This document shows positions 48,625 through 58,213 of a stretch of DNA of 64,000 nt, one piece after another. The stretch spans positions 42,769-106,768 of the forward strand of contig DATHMM010000063.1 of the NCBI GenBank assembly GCA_035487095.1. Reading direction: 5' to 3'. A model generated the notes under the pieces. The model worked only from the letters and a program-made list of their open reading frames with translations, was not told the DNA's origin and searched no databases. The translations under genes and the position numbers were made by a program. The stretch is from Candidatus Sulfotelmatobacter sp. Its GTDB lineage: Bacteria > Acidobacteriota > Terriglobia > Acidiferrales > UBA7541. Numbering within the stretch: position 1 is the stretch's first letter; each line of letters begins with the position of its first letter.

Positions 48625-51600
48625 ATGATGCTTCTGCGCCCGGAAAATCGATTCTCGGCCATTCACCGCGGAACCATAAAGAGACGGCTTCTTTTGGCCG
48701 CGGTCACCAACCTGATGATGATGCTCCTCACCGTGTTGTTATTCACTGGGACGGTTGAGTTCGCTGCTGCGCAGGACATATTCGGTCGTATCGCGGGAAC
48801 GATTACAGACTTATCGGGGGCCGTGGTTCCCAACGCAAGAGTCACCATCTTGAATGAGTCCACGCAAATCGCCCGCATTCTGAACGCAAACAAAGATGGT
48901 TATTTTGTGGCTGATGAATTGCCCGCTGGTACCTACTCCGTCTCTGCCGAACAGAAGGGTTTCAAGACCACAACAAGAAGAGGAAACGCCTTGGCCGCGG
49001 GTGCTCGCCTGACCGTGGATTTGCAACTGGACCTAGGTCAAGTGACGGAACGGGTCGTGGTTGAGGCCGTGGGTGACACTGTGAACACGACGTCCGGTGA
49101 GATTTCGACCACCATCACGCAAGACCAAGTGTTGGACATGGCCTTAAACCAGCGCCACTATGAGTCGCTCGTCGGGCTGGTTCCCGGCGCCGCGCTTCAG
49201 GGCTCTGGCACTAACCCCGCGGCCTTAACCTCGAACTACAATAACAGCGTTGCGGATATCAACGGGCAGCGGCTGGACGGTCAGAATTGGAGCGTGGATG
49301 GCGGGTTCAATTTGGACTCCGGCTCCAACAACAGCGTATTCAATCAAGTGGGCATTGATTTTATCCAGGAAGTGGCTGTTCAGGCTTCGAACTACGACGC
49401 TGAGTTTGGGCGCTCCGCTTCGGCAACCATCAATGTGGTTACCAAGAGTGGAGGAGAGCAATATCACGGCGGGTTTTTTGAATTCGTCCAGAACAATGAT
49501 TTCAATGCCGAGAACCCAGGTACGAAGCTCACCAACCCGACTGCCACGGGGTACGCAGCCGTGCCTCCTTTTCATTTCAACAACTTTGGATGGGACGTCG
49601 GGGGGCCGATTCCGTTTCTCCAGCCGAAGGGCAAACTGTTTTTCTTCGCCGGGCAGGAGTGGAAGAAGTTTCGCGGGGTCTATCCGGGATTAACGGCTGC
49701 CTCGGTGCAGGAAACCTTTCCGACGGCATTGGAGGCCACAGGCAACTTCACGGACGTTTATAACGGCGGTGCCGGGCTCTTAATGAAAACGCCGAGTGTC
49801 ATCCCCGCGAGCTGCGGGGGCGTTCTCTATACCGCGCCCAATGTTATCAACCCCGCCTGCATCACAGGTGACGGCGCGGCTTTTGCGGCGCTCTACACCT
49901 CGGCGGCAAAAATGTCTGTGGCGGGTGCATTACCCACTTCCACCCTCACCAATAATACGACCTTTAACCTCCCCAACCCCCTGAATCTTCGCGAGGACAT
50001 CATCCGGATTGATGAGCACCCCAATGATAAGCACAGTATTTATGTCCGTTACATCCACGACAACGTCGATATCTTTAATCCTTATGGAACGTTCCCCAGC
50101 CTCGCCAACGCTGTCCCCGTCGATCCGGACTTGCGCAATCGCCCCGGATACAACATTCAAATCGGATGGACCTACGTGTTCAGTCCAAGCCTGATCAACT
50201 CCCTTCGATTCAACGCTGATTGGCACAGTCAGACGACTCCGCTTCAAGGCAATGCCTGGATGAAATCTGTTTACGGTTTCCAGTTCATTCCGCCCCTTGG
50301 GAACCCGAGTCAGTTTCCCGGCGGGCTTCCGACAATAACCTTCACAGGTAACCCGAAGTTTCCCACGTCCGGGCCGGCCAGCGTCAATGGACCGGCGCCG
50401 AATTTCCTGGAGTCCCCCACGGCGGATTTAAGTCCGGCGGATCACGTCAGTTGGCAGGTGCACAACCACTCGATAAAGTTCGGATACGAGTTCGCGCGAA
50501 ACCGCAAGACCCAGAACTCACGCACCAACTATGACGGCATTATCAATTTCAGCGCTACTGCGGGCGCGACCAACGGATCCAATTCCACGGGCGATCCGTT
50601 CGCCGATGCGCTCCTTGGAAATTTTAATAGCTTCGGGCAGAACTCGGCCGTCACGACGGGCCAATTCCGCTTCAACGACTCTGAGGCCTACCTCCAGGAT
50701 ACCTGGCGGGTATCGCGCAAGCTTAGCTTGGTTCTTGGTCTGCGCTATATTCACTCCACGCCTACCTATGCGCAGGGCAATAATATGACGAACTTCTCTC
50801 CCTATGCATTCGATCCCGCTCTGGTCCCCACTTTCACGGGCGGACTGGCGACTAGCTCGATTAACCCCGCCTCCCCTGGTCTTTGCAGCGGCCAGCAACT
50901 CAACGTCATCGGCACACCCGTGGTTACTGTCGAATGCAACGGATTGGTACGGCCGGGAGGAGTGCCTTCCGATCAGGTGGGACGGGTACCTGTTACCTTT
51001 GAGAATCCGCAGCTGCTGGCCGCCATTCCCCCAACGGCTGCCCGAGGTTTCTATAACACGGAAAACGTCTGGGCTCCGCGCTTCGGCTTCTCCTATGCAC
51101 CGTTGGGCGAAAAGACCGTAATTCGCGGTGGCTTTGGCATTTTCTACGACCATCCGGAGGGAAATGTCTTGGGCGCTGGCATCAACTCCCAAGGCTATGT
51201 ACCGTGGGCGCAGTCGGCCTCGATCTCGGGGACAAACGCCTCGTTAGCGCAGTTCGATTCCGCTCCGGGTGCGGGTACGGTAGCGGCTCCCTCCACGATA
51301 TCCGGCATCAGCGGCGTCGATCCCAAATTGGTGGTGGCGCGCAGTTACCAGTTTAGCCTCGGAGTGCAGCGGGAACTGCCGCAAGGCATGTTGGTCCAAG
51401 CATCTTATGTCGGAAACCTGGGACGCCACATCCTGCGCGGTCCTGCGGTCAACAACGCCACTTGGACGGACCAGGGATTTATACCGGTCTCCCCGAACCC
51501 CAATACGCTTGCGTGCCCTGCTGGAATAAATGCGACAGCGTATCAATGCTCCGGAGGCTTCGCGCCCACCGGTCTGTCGAAAGACCAGATTCGCCCGTAC

Positions 51601-52467
51601 CTGGGATACTCGACGCTCAACATGGAACTGGGCGACGCCAATTCCAACTATAATGCGCTGCAGCTGAGCCTCACCAAGCGCGCCGGAATCCTTACTGCCA
51701 TGGTTTCCTATACGTACTCGAAGGCCATGGGAGATGGTGGCGGCGCGGGTGACGCCTATAACGAAAATCCTGAGCCGGAATGCCCCTTCACTTGCCTCGT
51801 CAGCACCGCGGCCAACCCAGTCTTGGTCAACGGTCTAACCACTGCGCTGGCGGGCGGAACGCAGTCCGGTGGGGTGATGGAAACTTGGAAACAATTTTAC
51901 TACGGCAAGTTAAGCTTCGACGCAACGCACATCGTGTCCACGGCTTTCACGGTCGAATCACCCTGGGGAAAGAGGATGACTGGCTTCAAAGGTGCACTCG
52001 TGAAGGGATGGTCGCTGAGCGCGCTCATGCACTACCAGAGCGGTTCGCCGCTCACGGCGACAGGCTCGCAAGCCGTGGGCCTTAACGGCTCCAATATTAC
52101 TCGGCGGGCGGGTATCGTTCCGGGTCAATCGCTTGACTTCAGTGGCACATGCGCGAACACAAAAGCAATATGTTGGGTCAACCCAAACGCTTTTGCGCTG
52201 GAGAGCGCACTCGGTGCGGGTGACGCACCTGTGAACAACATCATCGGACCCAACTTCTACCAGTGGGACCTATCGGCGCGCAAGATGTTTCCTCTGTCTT
52301 TCAGGGAGGGTATGAGCGTGTTGTTCCAGGCGGATGCGTTTAATGCCTTCAACCGGGCGAACTGGAATAATCCTACCGTGAATAACGTTGGTGCCGCCTC
52401 TTTTGGACAGATCACCGGCTCGCTCCCGGGTCGCGTGTTACAACTCGGCGGCAAATTCAATTTCTAG
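48625..52467 (+). CDS. TonB-dependent receptor (carboxypeptidase-regulatory N-domain, Oar-like)
   Basis: IAGTITD.SGAVVPNA.V; IQEV......DAEFGR; KSGG.QYHG; QD.WR; C-terminal RVLQLGGKFNF. Start is approximate. Confidence 0.92.
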   Translation: MMLLRPENRFSAIHRGTIKRRLLLAAVTNLMMMLLTVLLFTGTVEFAAAQDIFGRIAGTITDLSGAVVPNARVTILNESTQIARILNANKDGYFVADELPAGTYSVSAEQKGFKTTTRRGNALAAGARLTVDLQLDLGQVTERVVVEAVGDTVNTTSGEISTTITQDQVLDMALNQRHYESLVGLVPGAALQGSGTNPAALTSNYNNSVADINGQRLDGQNWSVDGGFNLDSGSNNSVFNQVGIDFIQEVAVQASNYDAEFGRSASATINVVTKSGGEQYHGGFFEFVQNNDFNAENPGTKLTNPTATGYAAVPPFHFNNFGWDVGGPIPFLQPKGKLFFFAGQEWKKFRGVYPGLTAASVQETFPTALEATGNFTDVYNGGAGLLMKTPSVIPASCGGVLYTAPNVINPACITGDGAAFAALYTSAAKMSVAGALPTSTLTNNTTFNLPNPLNLREDIIRIDEHPNDKHSIYVRYIHDNVDIFNPYGTFPSLANAVPVDPDLRNRPGYNIQIGWTYVFSPSLINSLRFNADWHSQTTPLQGNAWMKSVYGFQFIPPLGNPSQFPGGLPTITFTGNPKFPTSGPASVNGPAPNFLESPTADLSPADHVSWQVHNHSIKFGYEFARNRKTQNSRTNYDGIINFSATAGATNGSNSTGDPFADALLGNFNSFGQNSAVTTGQFRFNDSEAYLQDTWRVSRKLSLVLGLRYIHSTPTYAQGNNMTNFSPYAFDPALVPTFTGGLATSSINPASPGLCSGQQLNVIGTPVVTVECNGLVRPGGVPSDQVGRVPVTFENPQLLAAIPPTAARGFYNTENVWAPRFGFSYAPLGEKTVIRGGFGIFYDHPEGNVLGAGINSQGYVPWAQSASISGTNASLAQFDSAPGAGTVAAPSTISGISGVDPKLVVARSYQFSLGVQRELPQGMLVQASYVGNLGRHILRGPAVNNATWTDQGFIPVSPNPNTLACPAGINATAYQCSGGFAPTGLSKDQIRPYLGYSTLNMELGDANSNYNALQLSLTKRAGILTAMVSYTYSKAMGDGGGAGDAYNENPEPECPFTCLVSTAANPVLVNGLTTALAGGTQSGGVMETWKQFYYGKLSFDATHIVSTAFTVESPWGKRMTGFKGALVKGWSLSALMHYQSGSPLTATGSQAVGLNGSNITRRAGIVPGQSLDFSGTCANTKAICWVNPNAFALESALGAGDAPVNNIIGPNFYQWDLSARKMFPLSFREGMSVLFQADAFNAFNRANWNNPTVNNVGAASFGQITGSLPGRVLQLGGKFNF

Positions 52468-52477
52468 TTTCTCTGTC

Positions 52478-52514
52478 TCGGGGATCGAATGCGAATTCGC
52501 AATTCGATCCCCGA
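52478..52514 (+). other. Strong intergenic stem-loop without U-tail
   Basis: TCGGGGATCGAAT ... ATTCGATCCCCGA, a 13-bp perfect stem. Confidence 0.7.
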
Positions 52515-52545
52515 AAATTTATCGAATACGGACTAAAACCCTTTC

Positions 52546-54381
52546 ATGACTAAACTCCCCCGTTGTTTGACGCTTGTTTTGTGCTTGCTGCTCGTTTCGA
52601 GCCGAGGTGCGGCACAGGTCGCGCCGCTGATCGCGAATATCAATGCGCGTCAGGCGACCAGCTTGAATGGCCAGTGGCAGGCGATCGTTGATCCTTATGA
52701 CGTCGGAGCATTCGACTACCGCGCTCAGCCGCTGAAAAATAACCAGGCGTTTTATAAGAACTACAAGCCACAATCCGAATCGGAACTAGTCGAATATGAT
52801 TTTGACACTGCCGGCCAGCTCCATGTGCCCGGTGACTGGAACACCCAGCGCGATTCGCTACTGTTTTATGAAGGAAGTGTCTGGTACGAGCGGTCGTTCG
52901 ATTACCCAAAACCACCGAAGAACAGGCTATTTCTGCATTTCGGGGCATGCAATTACTTCGCTTCCGTGTATCTGAACGGGGAAAAACTTGGGGAGCACGA
53001 GGGCGGCTTCACCCCTTTTGATTTCGAAATCACGGATCGCGTCAGGGCCCACGGCAACTTCCTCGTTCTCAGAGTCAACGACTCACGCGGAAAGGATCAA
53101 GTCCCCACTGTCAATACAGATTGGTGGAACTACGGCGGGATTACACGCCCTGTGACATTGGTGGAGGTGCCGGAGACCTTCATTCAAGATTATTTTGTCC
53201 AACTGGAGAAGGGATCGACGCGCCAGATTAAAGGCTGGTTGCAACTCAACGGGCCAAAACTTCAGCAGAATGTCACCATTCGAATTCCCGAGGCAGGCAT
53301 CAGCAAAACTTTTCAGACAGATTCCAAAGGACATGCCGAGTTTGCCTTTAGCTCCAATTTGACTCTCTGGTCTCCAGAAAATCCTAAACTCTATAGCGTC
53401 GAGATCGCCAGCGAGACCGACCAGCTCGAAGACCGCATAGGATTCCGCTCGATTGAGGTACGTGGCATGGATATTCTGCTCAATGGGAAACCCCTTTTCC
53501 TGCGCGGAATCAGCATCCATGAAGAGGCCCCCCTGCGGTCTGGAAGAGCTTGGAGCGAGGACGATGCGCAGACGCTCCTGATTTGGGCAAAAGAATTGGG
53601 CTGCAATTTCGTTCGCCTCGCGCACTATCCCCACAACGAAGCTATGTTGCGCATGGCTGATCGAATGGGACTGCTGGTCTGGGGAGAGGTACCCGTCTAC
53701 TGGACCATTCAGTGGGAAAATCCCTCAACGCTGCGCAATGCGGAAAATCAGTTAAGTGAAATGATCGCGCGAGATCACAATCGCGCAGCCCTTATCATCT
53801 ACTCTGTCGCGAACGAAACCCCCGTCAGCGATGCCCGGAATCGTTTTCTGCGGCAACTCATTCAGGATGTGCATTCCGCCGACTCCACGCGCCTGGTGTC
53901 GGCCGCTCTCCAGGCTCACGAAGTCACGGAACGGAACCGCATCACCATTCACATTGATGATCCGATCGCGAGCGACCTCGATGTGCTCGGAAATAATGAG
54001 TACATCGGTTGGTATGTCCGCAAGCCCGCGGATGCGGATGCAATTGACTGGGTCTCAGAGTACGGCAAGCCGCTGATCATGAGTGAATTCGGCGGGGACG
54101 CGCTCTTTGGCTACCATGGCGACGCCCTCTCTCGATGGACCGAGGAGTATCAGGAAAATCTCTACGAGCACCAGATCGCCATGCTGAAACGCATTCCCTT
54201 CCTTCGCGGAATGACACCGTGGGTGCTCAAAGATTTTCGTAGCCCCCGGCGAACGCTCCCTCGTATTGAGGATTATTTCAACCGAAAAGGACTTGTCTCC
54301 GACCACGGGGAGAAGAAAAAAGCCTTCTTCGTACTTCAGAAGTTTTATCGGGAATTGCAGATTGCTCAGCCACCAAAATAG
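52546..54381 (+). CDS. GH2 beta-glucuronidase (secreted)
   Basis: Signal peptide; H.GGFTPF, DW.NYGGI.RPV, RLAHYP, ANE (acid/base), SEFG (nucleophile), NRKG (GUS N-K motif). Confidence 0.88.
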   Translation: MTKLPRCLTLVLCLLLVSSRGAAQVAPLIANINARQATSLNGQWQAIVDPYDVGAFDYRAQPLKNNQAFYKNYKPQSESELVEYDFDTAGQLHVPGDWNTQRDSLLFYEGSVWYERSFDYPKPPKNRLFLHFGACNYFASVYLNGEKLGEHEGGFTPFDFEITDRVRAHGNFLVLRVNDSRGKDQVPTVNTDWWNYGGITRPVTLVEVPETFIQDYFVQLEKGSTRQIKGWLQLNGPKLQQNVTIRIPEAGISKTFQTDSKGHAEFAFSSNLTLWSPENPKLYSVEIASETDQLEDRIGFRSIEVRGMDILLNGKPLFLRGISIHEEAPLRSGRAWSEDDAQTLLIWAKELGCNFVRLAHYPHNEAMLRMADRMGLLVWGEVPVYWTIQWENPSTLRNAENQLSEMIARDHNRAALIIYSVANETPVSDARNRFLRQLIQDVHSADSTRLVSAALQAHEVTERNRITIHIDDPIASDLDVLGNNEYIGWYVRKPADADAIDWVSEYGKPLIMSEFGGDALFGYHGDALSRWTEEYQENLYEHQIAMLKRIPFLRGMTPWVLKDFRSPRRTLPRIEDYFNRKGLVSDHGEKKKAFFVLQKFYRELQIAQPPK

Positions 54382-54501
54382 CCGAAGTCCTTCTTTCACC
54401 GCCCGTTGCGGCTTACTATCCGCTTTGGTTGGCCGGTCCTCTCGAGATTGCGACCGAGTGAGGGCCATCCAGAAACAATCCATTTGCCGGGGATGTCCAC
54501 A

Positions 54502-55269
54502 TTAGCTCTTGGAGATTTGGTTGGTCTGCACGGGATTCTCGGTTGCCCTGTAGTCTCCAAATTCTTCCGTCCGGATATCGTCATCGCTGACGTCCAGGGA
54601 ACGGAGCAGATCTGTCATCGAGGTGACCATTCCAGACGGCCCCGCTACATAGAAGACAGGGCTGTTGAGCCCAGTTAAGTAACGCGAGAGCAGTTGCCGA
54701 TTGATGTGACCTACTTCATGGCGCCAGGCCGAGTATGTCAGCCCGGTGATTGTTGGGATGAGCGTGAAGCGGGGATTTCGCGCCGTTAAGGCTTCCAATT
54801 CTTCCAGAAACGCCGCGTCCACCGCCTCTCGGTTCGAATAGAACAAATATTGCTTGTGGGGCATCCGTTCGTGTGCGGCCCAGTCCAAAATGCTGCGGAC
54901 CGGCGTAATGCCGATGCCGCCTGCGAGAAATACCGCCGGCCTGGCAAAGTCCTTATGCAAGGTAAACGATCCTCTCGGACGGCTGACTCTAAACTTGGTC
55001 CCAAAGGCAGCGCACATCAAAGCAGTCTTAAAACTAGTCTCCCGCATTCGCATCGCGATCATGACCAAGCCTTTGTCATGGGGGGAGTTTGCGAGAGAAA
55101 AGGTGCGTAAATTGTCGCTCTCGTCTCCAGCGGGTGGGTGCAGGAAGGCAAAGTCGGCGTGTTGGCCGGCTCGGAAGTCATAATCGCTTCCGTTCGTGTC
55201 AAACCAAAACGTCATCGTACCCCTGGCGATTCTTTGGCGATCCACTAAAGTCATTTGATAGTCAGCCAC
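54502..55269 (-). CDS. FAD/NAD(P)-binding oxidoreductase (ferredoxin-reductase-like)
   Basis: AGGAGG RBS; F.AGQ, RTFSLA, AGGIGITP..S, YSNR, Y.AGP..MV, EEF. Confidence 0.9.
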   Translation of the reverse strand: MADYQMTLVDRQRIARGTMTFWFDTNGSDYDFRAGQHADFAFLHPPAGDESDNLRTFSLANSPHDKGLVMIAMRMRETSFKTALMCAAFGTKFRVSRPRGSFTLHKDFARPAVFLAGGIGITPVRSILDWAAHERMPHKQYLFYSNREAVDAAFLEELEALTARNPRFTLIPTITGLTYSAWRHEVGHINRQLLSRYLTGLNSPVFYVAGPSGMVTSMTDLLRSLDVSDDDIRTEEFGDYRATENPVQTNQISKS

Positions 55270-55439
55270 GATTCCTCCTTCGCGTGATTCTTACGCGATG
55301 GCCCGCTTGGGGCATCGGCGGCATTTCCACTCAGGTAAACAAGATTCCTTGCAATTGATTCCAACCCGGGACGCCCGAACATTCACCAAGCGGCCAAATG
55401 CGGATAGCCGATCGAAGCGGGGCGTTCCTGGAGGCCCAC

Positions 55440-55913
55440 TCAGTCCCCTCCCGCGATTTCCTCGGCGTACTTCTCTGCCGCGCCAACCACCGGACATGCA
55501 GCAAATTCCCGCCAGGACTCGCGTCCCTTTAACAGCGTATTGGAGTCGTTCCTTTTCAGCAGGACTACACTTTGCACCTTCGCCTGACCGGCAATTTGCC
55601 CCGGCTCGGTAACGCAAACATAGATTCCGGAGGGTCTCTGGTCGAGAACCTTGATCGACAACTTCCTCGTGCCATCCATCGCTTGGATGATGCTTTCCCT
55701 TTCATTCACTTCCTGCGCAGCGAATCCGTAATCCGCAAAAGTTTTCTTTCCTTTTTCCTTCTTCGGCCGGACCGCAGCCGGCAGCGAAGTGACGTCCAGT
55801 TTCGTGACGATAAACTCCGCCACCTTTTCCTTGGGATATACATCCTTATCCCCCGCCACGGTCAGCGGCGCGTGGGACAGCGCTGCGAGCGCCAACACTA
55901 CTTTGATTTTCAT
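55440..55913 (-). CDS. Secreted hypothetical protein
   Basis: AAGGAG RBS; signal peptide MKIKVVLALAAL; two Cys. Confidence 0.7.
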   Translation of the reverse strand: MKIKVVLALAALSHAPLTVAGDKDVYPKEKVAEFIVTKLDVTSLPAAVRPKKEKGKKTFADYGFAAQEVNERESIIQAMDGTRKLSIKVLDQRPSGIYVCVTEPGQIAGQAKVQSVVLLKRNDSNTLLKGRESWREFAACPVVGAAEKYAEEIAGGD

Positions 55914-56055
55914 TTTTGTTCTCCTTTTCTTACTGTGGACTGCTCCCCGCCTGTTTCTTTGCAGGGGCCGCCCGAGTTTCTGTTTTTGCCGGTCTCGCTG
56001 CGGCCTCAACGAATGCCGTCAGAAAATCCCAGGGTTCAGCCGTTTCGGAAAACGT

Positions 56056-56505
56056 CTATCCTGGTCCATTCACTCCAGTGAGAAATCCGCCCAGGTGGCC
56101 CGTCACCGCCACAATTGCTACTGCCACAACCTCGACCGGCAGACGGTATCCGGGCAGAACTGCTCCTCGCTTGCGCTTGGTTCTCAGGTGAATCAGCCAC
56201 ACGATCCAGATCAGCGCGCTCGACATGACGCCGAACACCAAATGGAACAGAAGGATCCCTTTAAGCCGCTGGCCTTCGAGTTCCCATTGCCAGGCGAGAA
56301 TTCCCGTGATCAATACGGGAATGGTTGCGATCGCCGCGGCGAACAAATTGCAATAGGCCGCCGCGGCCAGCACACGCCGCCTGGTCCGATACGCAAGAAA
56401 ATCAAAGAGCACGCCAATGATGAACAGGGCGATCGGGAAATGAATCAGCACGACGTGTTGCGCGTGCTTTGCGAAAATCACCGATTTAATGTCAAACGCG
56501 TGCAA
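56056..56505 (-). CDS. DUF2231 family membrane protein
   Basis: H..LIHFPIAL, TG..AW, H...G, TGHLGG; GAGGAG RBS before TTG. Confidence 0.85.
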   Translation of the reverse strand: MHAFDIKSVIFAKHAQHVVLIHFPIALFIIGVLFDFLAYRTRRRVLAAAAYCNLFAAAIATIPVLITGILAWQWELEGQRLKGILLFHLVFGVMSSALIWIVWLIHLRTKRKRGAVLPGYRLPVEVVAVAIVAVTGHLGGFLTGVNGPG

Positions 56506-56622
56506 GGATTCTCCTCAGCATAAGTAGATCGCTGTTCTTCAAAGACAATCGTTTCTCCTGATGCGCCGCGCCCACGAGTCTTTCTGACTCTTCGCTCGCA
56601 TTTCATGTGCTTCGTCTATCCA

Positions 56623-56649
56623 AGACCGGTACACCAGCCGATTTATTCC
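56623..56649 (-). promoter_or_regulatory. ECF promoter GAAT-N18-GTCT (DUF2231 operon)
   Basis: Minus strand reads GGAATAAAtcggctggtgtaccgGTCT. Confidence 0.7.
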
Positions 56650-56703
56650 AGTCCGGCGGTCAGGCGGGAAGCGCGACCGCACTTCCCTGGCGCGCCACGA
56701 GGG

Positions 56704-56730
56704 AGAATAAAATCGGGCGTTCGGCGGTTC
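56704..56730 (+). promoter_or_regulatory. ECF promoter GAAT-N18-GTTC (autoregulatory, sigma 2)
   Basis: AGAATAAAatcgggcgttcggcgGTTC. Confidence 0.6.
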
Positions 56731-56763
56731 CTACTAATGAGGCCTTACTTTCAGGGGTGAATT

Positions 56764-57303
56764 GTGAGTGAGTTGCAGCTCGAAGAACGGGAGCGCTTTG
56801 AGCAACTGGTGCTGCCGTACGTCGACGCCGCTTTCAACCTCGCGCGCTGGCTGTTGCGCGGGCGCGCTGATGCCGAGGACGTCGCTCAAGAAGCATTGCT
56901 CCGGGCGTGCCGTTTCTTCCGCGGCTTTCATGGCGGCGACGCGCGTGCCTGGCTGCTGCAGATCGTACGCAACACTTGCTACAGCTGGCTGGAGAAGAAT
57001 CGTCCTATGGAACTCAGCATGGAATTCGACGAAGAGATACACCTGCTGGATAGCGCCACGCCAGAAACCCTCGCCATTGCAGGCGATGATCGGGAGCGCC
57101 TCATACTTGCGCTTGAGACGTTGCCTCCGCGTTTTCGGGAAGTCCTTGTCCTTAGGGAGCTCGAAGGCTGTTCCTACAAGGAGATTGCGGCGATCACATC
57201 GCTTCCCATTGGCACGGTTATGTCTTCGCTCTCACGCGCCCGCCGCCAGTTGCATTCGGCGCTGACAAATTCCATTCAGAAGGGGGTCGTCCGTGAAGTG
57301 TGA
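56764..57303 (+). CDS. ECF sigma factor (ECF26-like), paralog 2
   Basis: Close paralog of 27147-27680: DAAFNLARWL, AWLLQIVRNTC, LRELEGCSYKEIA. Confidence 0.92.
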   Translation: MSELQLEERERFEQLVLPYVDAAFNLARWLLRGRADAEDVAQEALLRACRFFRGFHGGDARAWLLQIVRNTCYSWLEKNRPMELSMEFDEEIHLLDSATPETLAIAGDDRERLILALETLPPRFREVLVLRELEGCSYKEIAAITSLPIGTVMSSLSRARRQLHSALTNSIQKGVVREV

Positions 57304-58042
57304 CTTTCGTGACTCTTTGCTCCAGGGCTATTTTGACGGTGAACTAAGTGATCGCAGGGCTGCTGAATTCGAGCGCCACCTGGGACATTGCGACCACTGC
57401 GCGACTGAGCTCGTGGACCTGGATTGGTTGAGCGGTAGACTGCAGCTTACTCCAATCTATGAGCTTGCCCCCGCCTCGCTGCGGCGGACAATTAACACAC
57501 ACCTCCGCCCTATTGCGCCAACCCCTACTGCGTCGCAGCCTCTCCTTTGGCAATGGCTGACTGCCGCGGCGGCGCTGCTTTTCATCGCCTTCATATTGTG
57601 GAGAGTGAGCCCCGAGCTTCGCAGCGACGATTACCAGGCCGAACTTGCAGACGAAATTGTCGAAGCGCATCTGCGCTCACTGCCGCCGGGGCGCACGACC
57701 GAAATCGCCTCCAACGATGAACGTCTCGTCAAAGGGTGGTTCGATGCCAAACTCAAGTTCACTCCCCCGGTTCGTGACTTCGCCGGGGCCGGTTTCGTGC
57801 TGAACGGCGGGCGCCTGGATGTTGTTGAAGACCGCATGGTCGCGGTGCTCGTCTATGAGCATAACGGCCGTTCAATCGATGTATTCGTCTGGCCCACCCG
57901 AGAACCGGACACGTCACCGCGCGCAGGGTCCCGGCAAGGGTTCCAATGGGTTGATTGGCGTAGGGACAAAATGGAATTCTGCGCCGTGGGCGACGCAGCT
58001 CCGGCTGATCTTGTACAGCTCAACCGGCTGATAGCCGAATAG
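57293..58042 (+). CDS. Anti-sigma factor (zf-HC2, TM, periplasmic domain), paralog 2
   Basis: GYFDGEL..FE.HL..C..C; TM; VKGWF; GGRLD; overlaps the sigma stop. Confidence 0.9.
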   Translation: MKCDFRDSLLQGYFDGELSDRRAAEFERHLGHCDHCATELVDLDWLSGRLQLTPIYELAPASLRRTINTHLRPIAPTPTASQPLLWQWLTAAAALLFIAFILWRVSPELRSDDYQAELADEIVEAHLRSLPPGRTTEIASNDERLVKGWFDAKLKFTPPVRDFAGAGFVLNGGRLDVVEDRMVAVLVYEHNGRSIDVFVWPTREPDTSPRAGSRQGFQWVDWRRDKMEFCAVGDAAPADLVQLNRLIAE

Positions 58043-58213
58043 CCACAGTGTTGTTAAGGGTGCAGTCCCACGCGGCACGTGGAGCGCCGCCTCCGCGCGC
58101 CGTTGCGAATCACCCCGAAAGGTTGGTCGCAGAAGCGAGCTCCCTGAACTCTCGCCCCAAAGAATTCCACGCAAGAAGCGGAATCGTGGCTTCTCTCCTC
58201 AAATTTACCGGCT

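Noticed and set aside
55337-55362. GGAAT-N17-GTTT on the minus strand upstream of the FAD oxidoreductase
   Set aside because: The spacer is one base short and the -10 is weak, so it was not counted in the ECF motif set.
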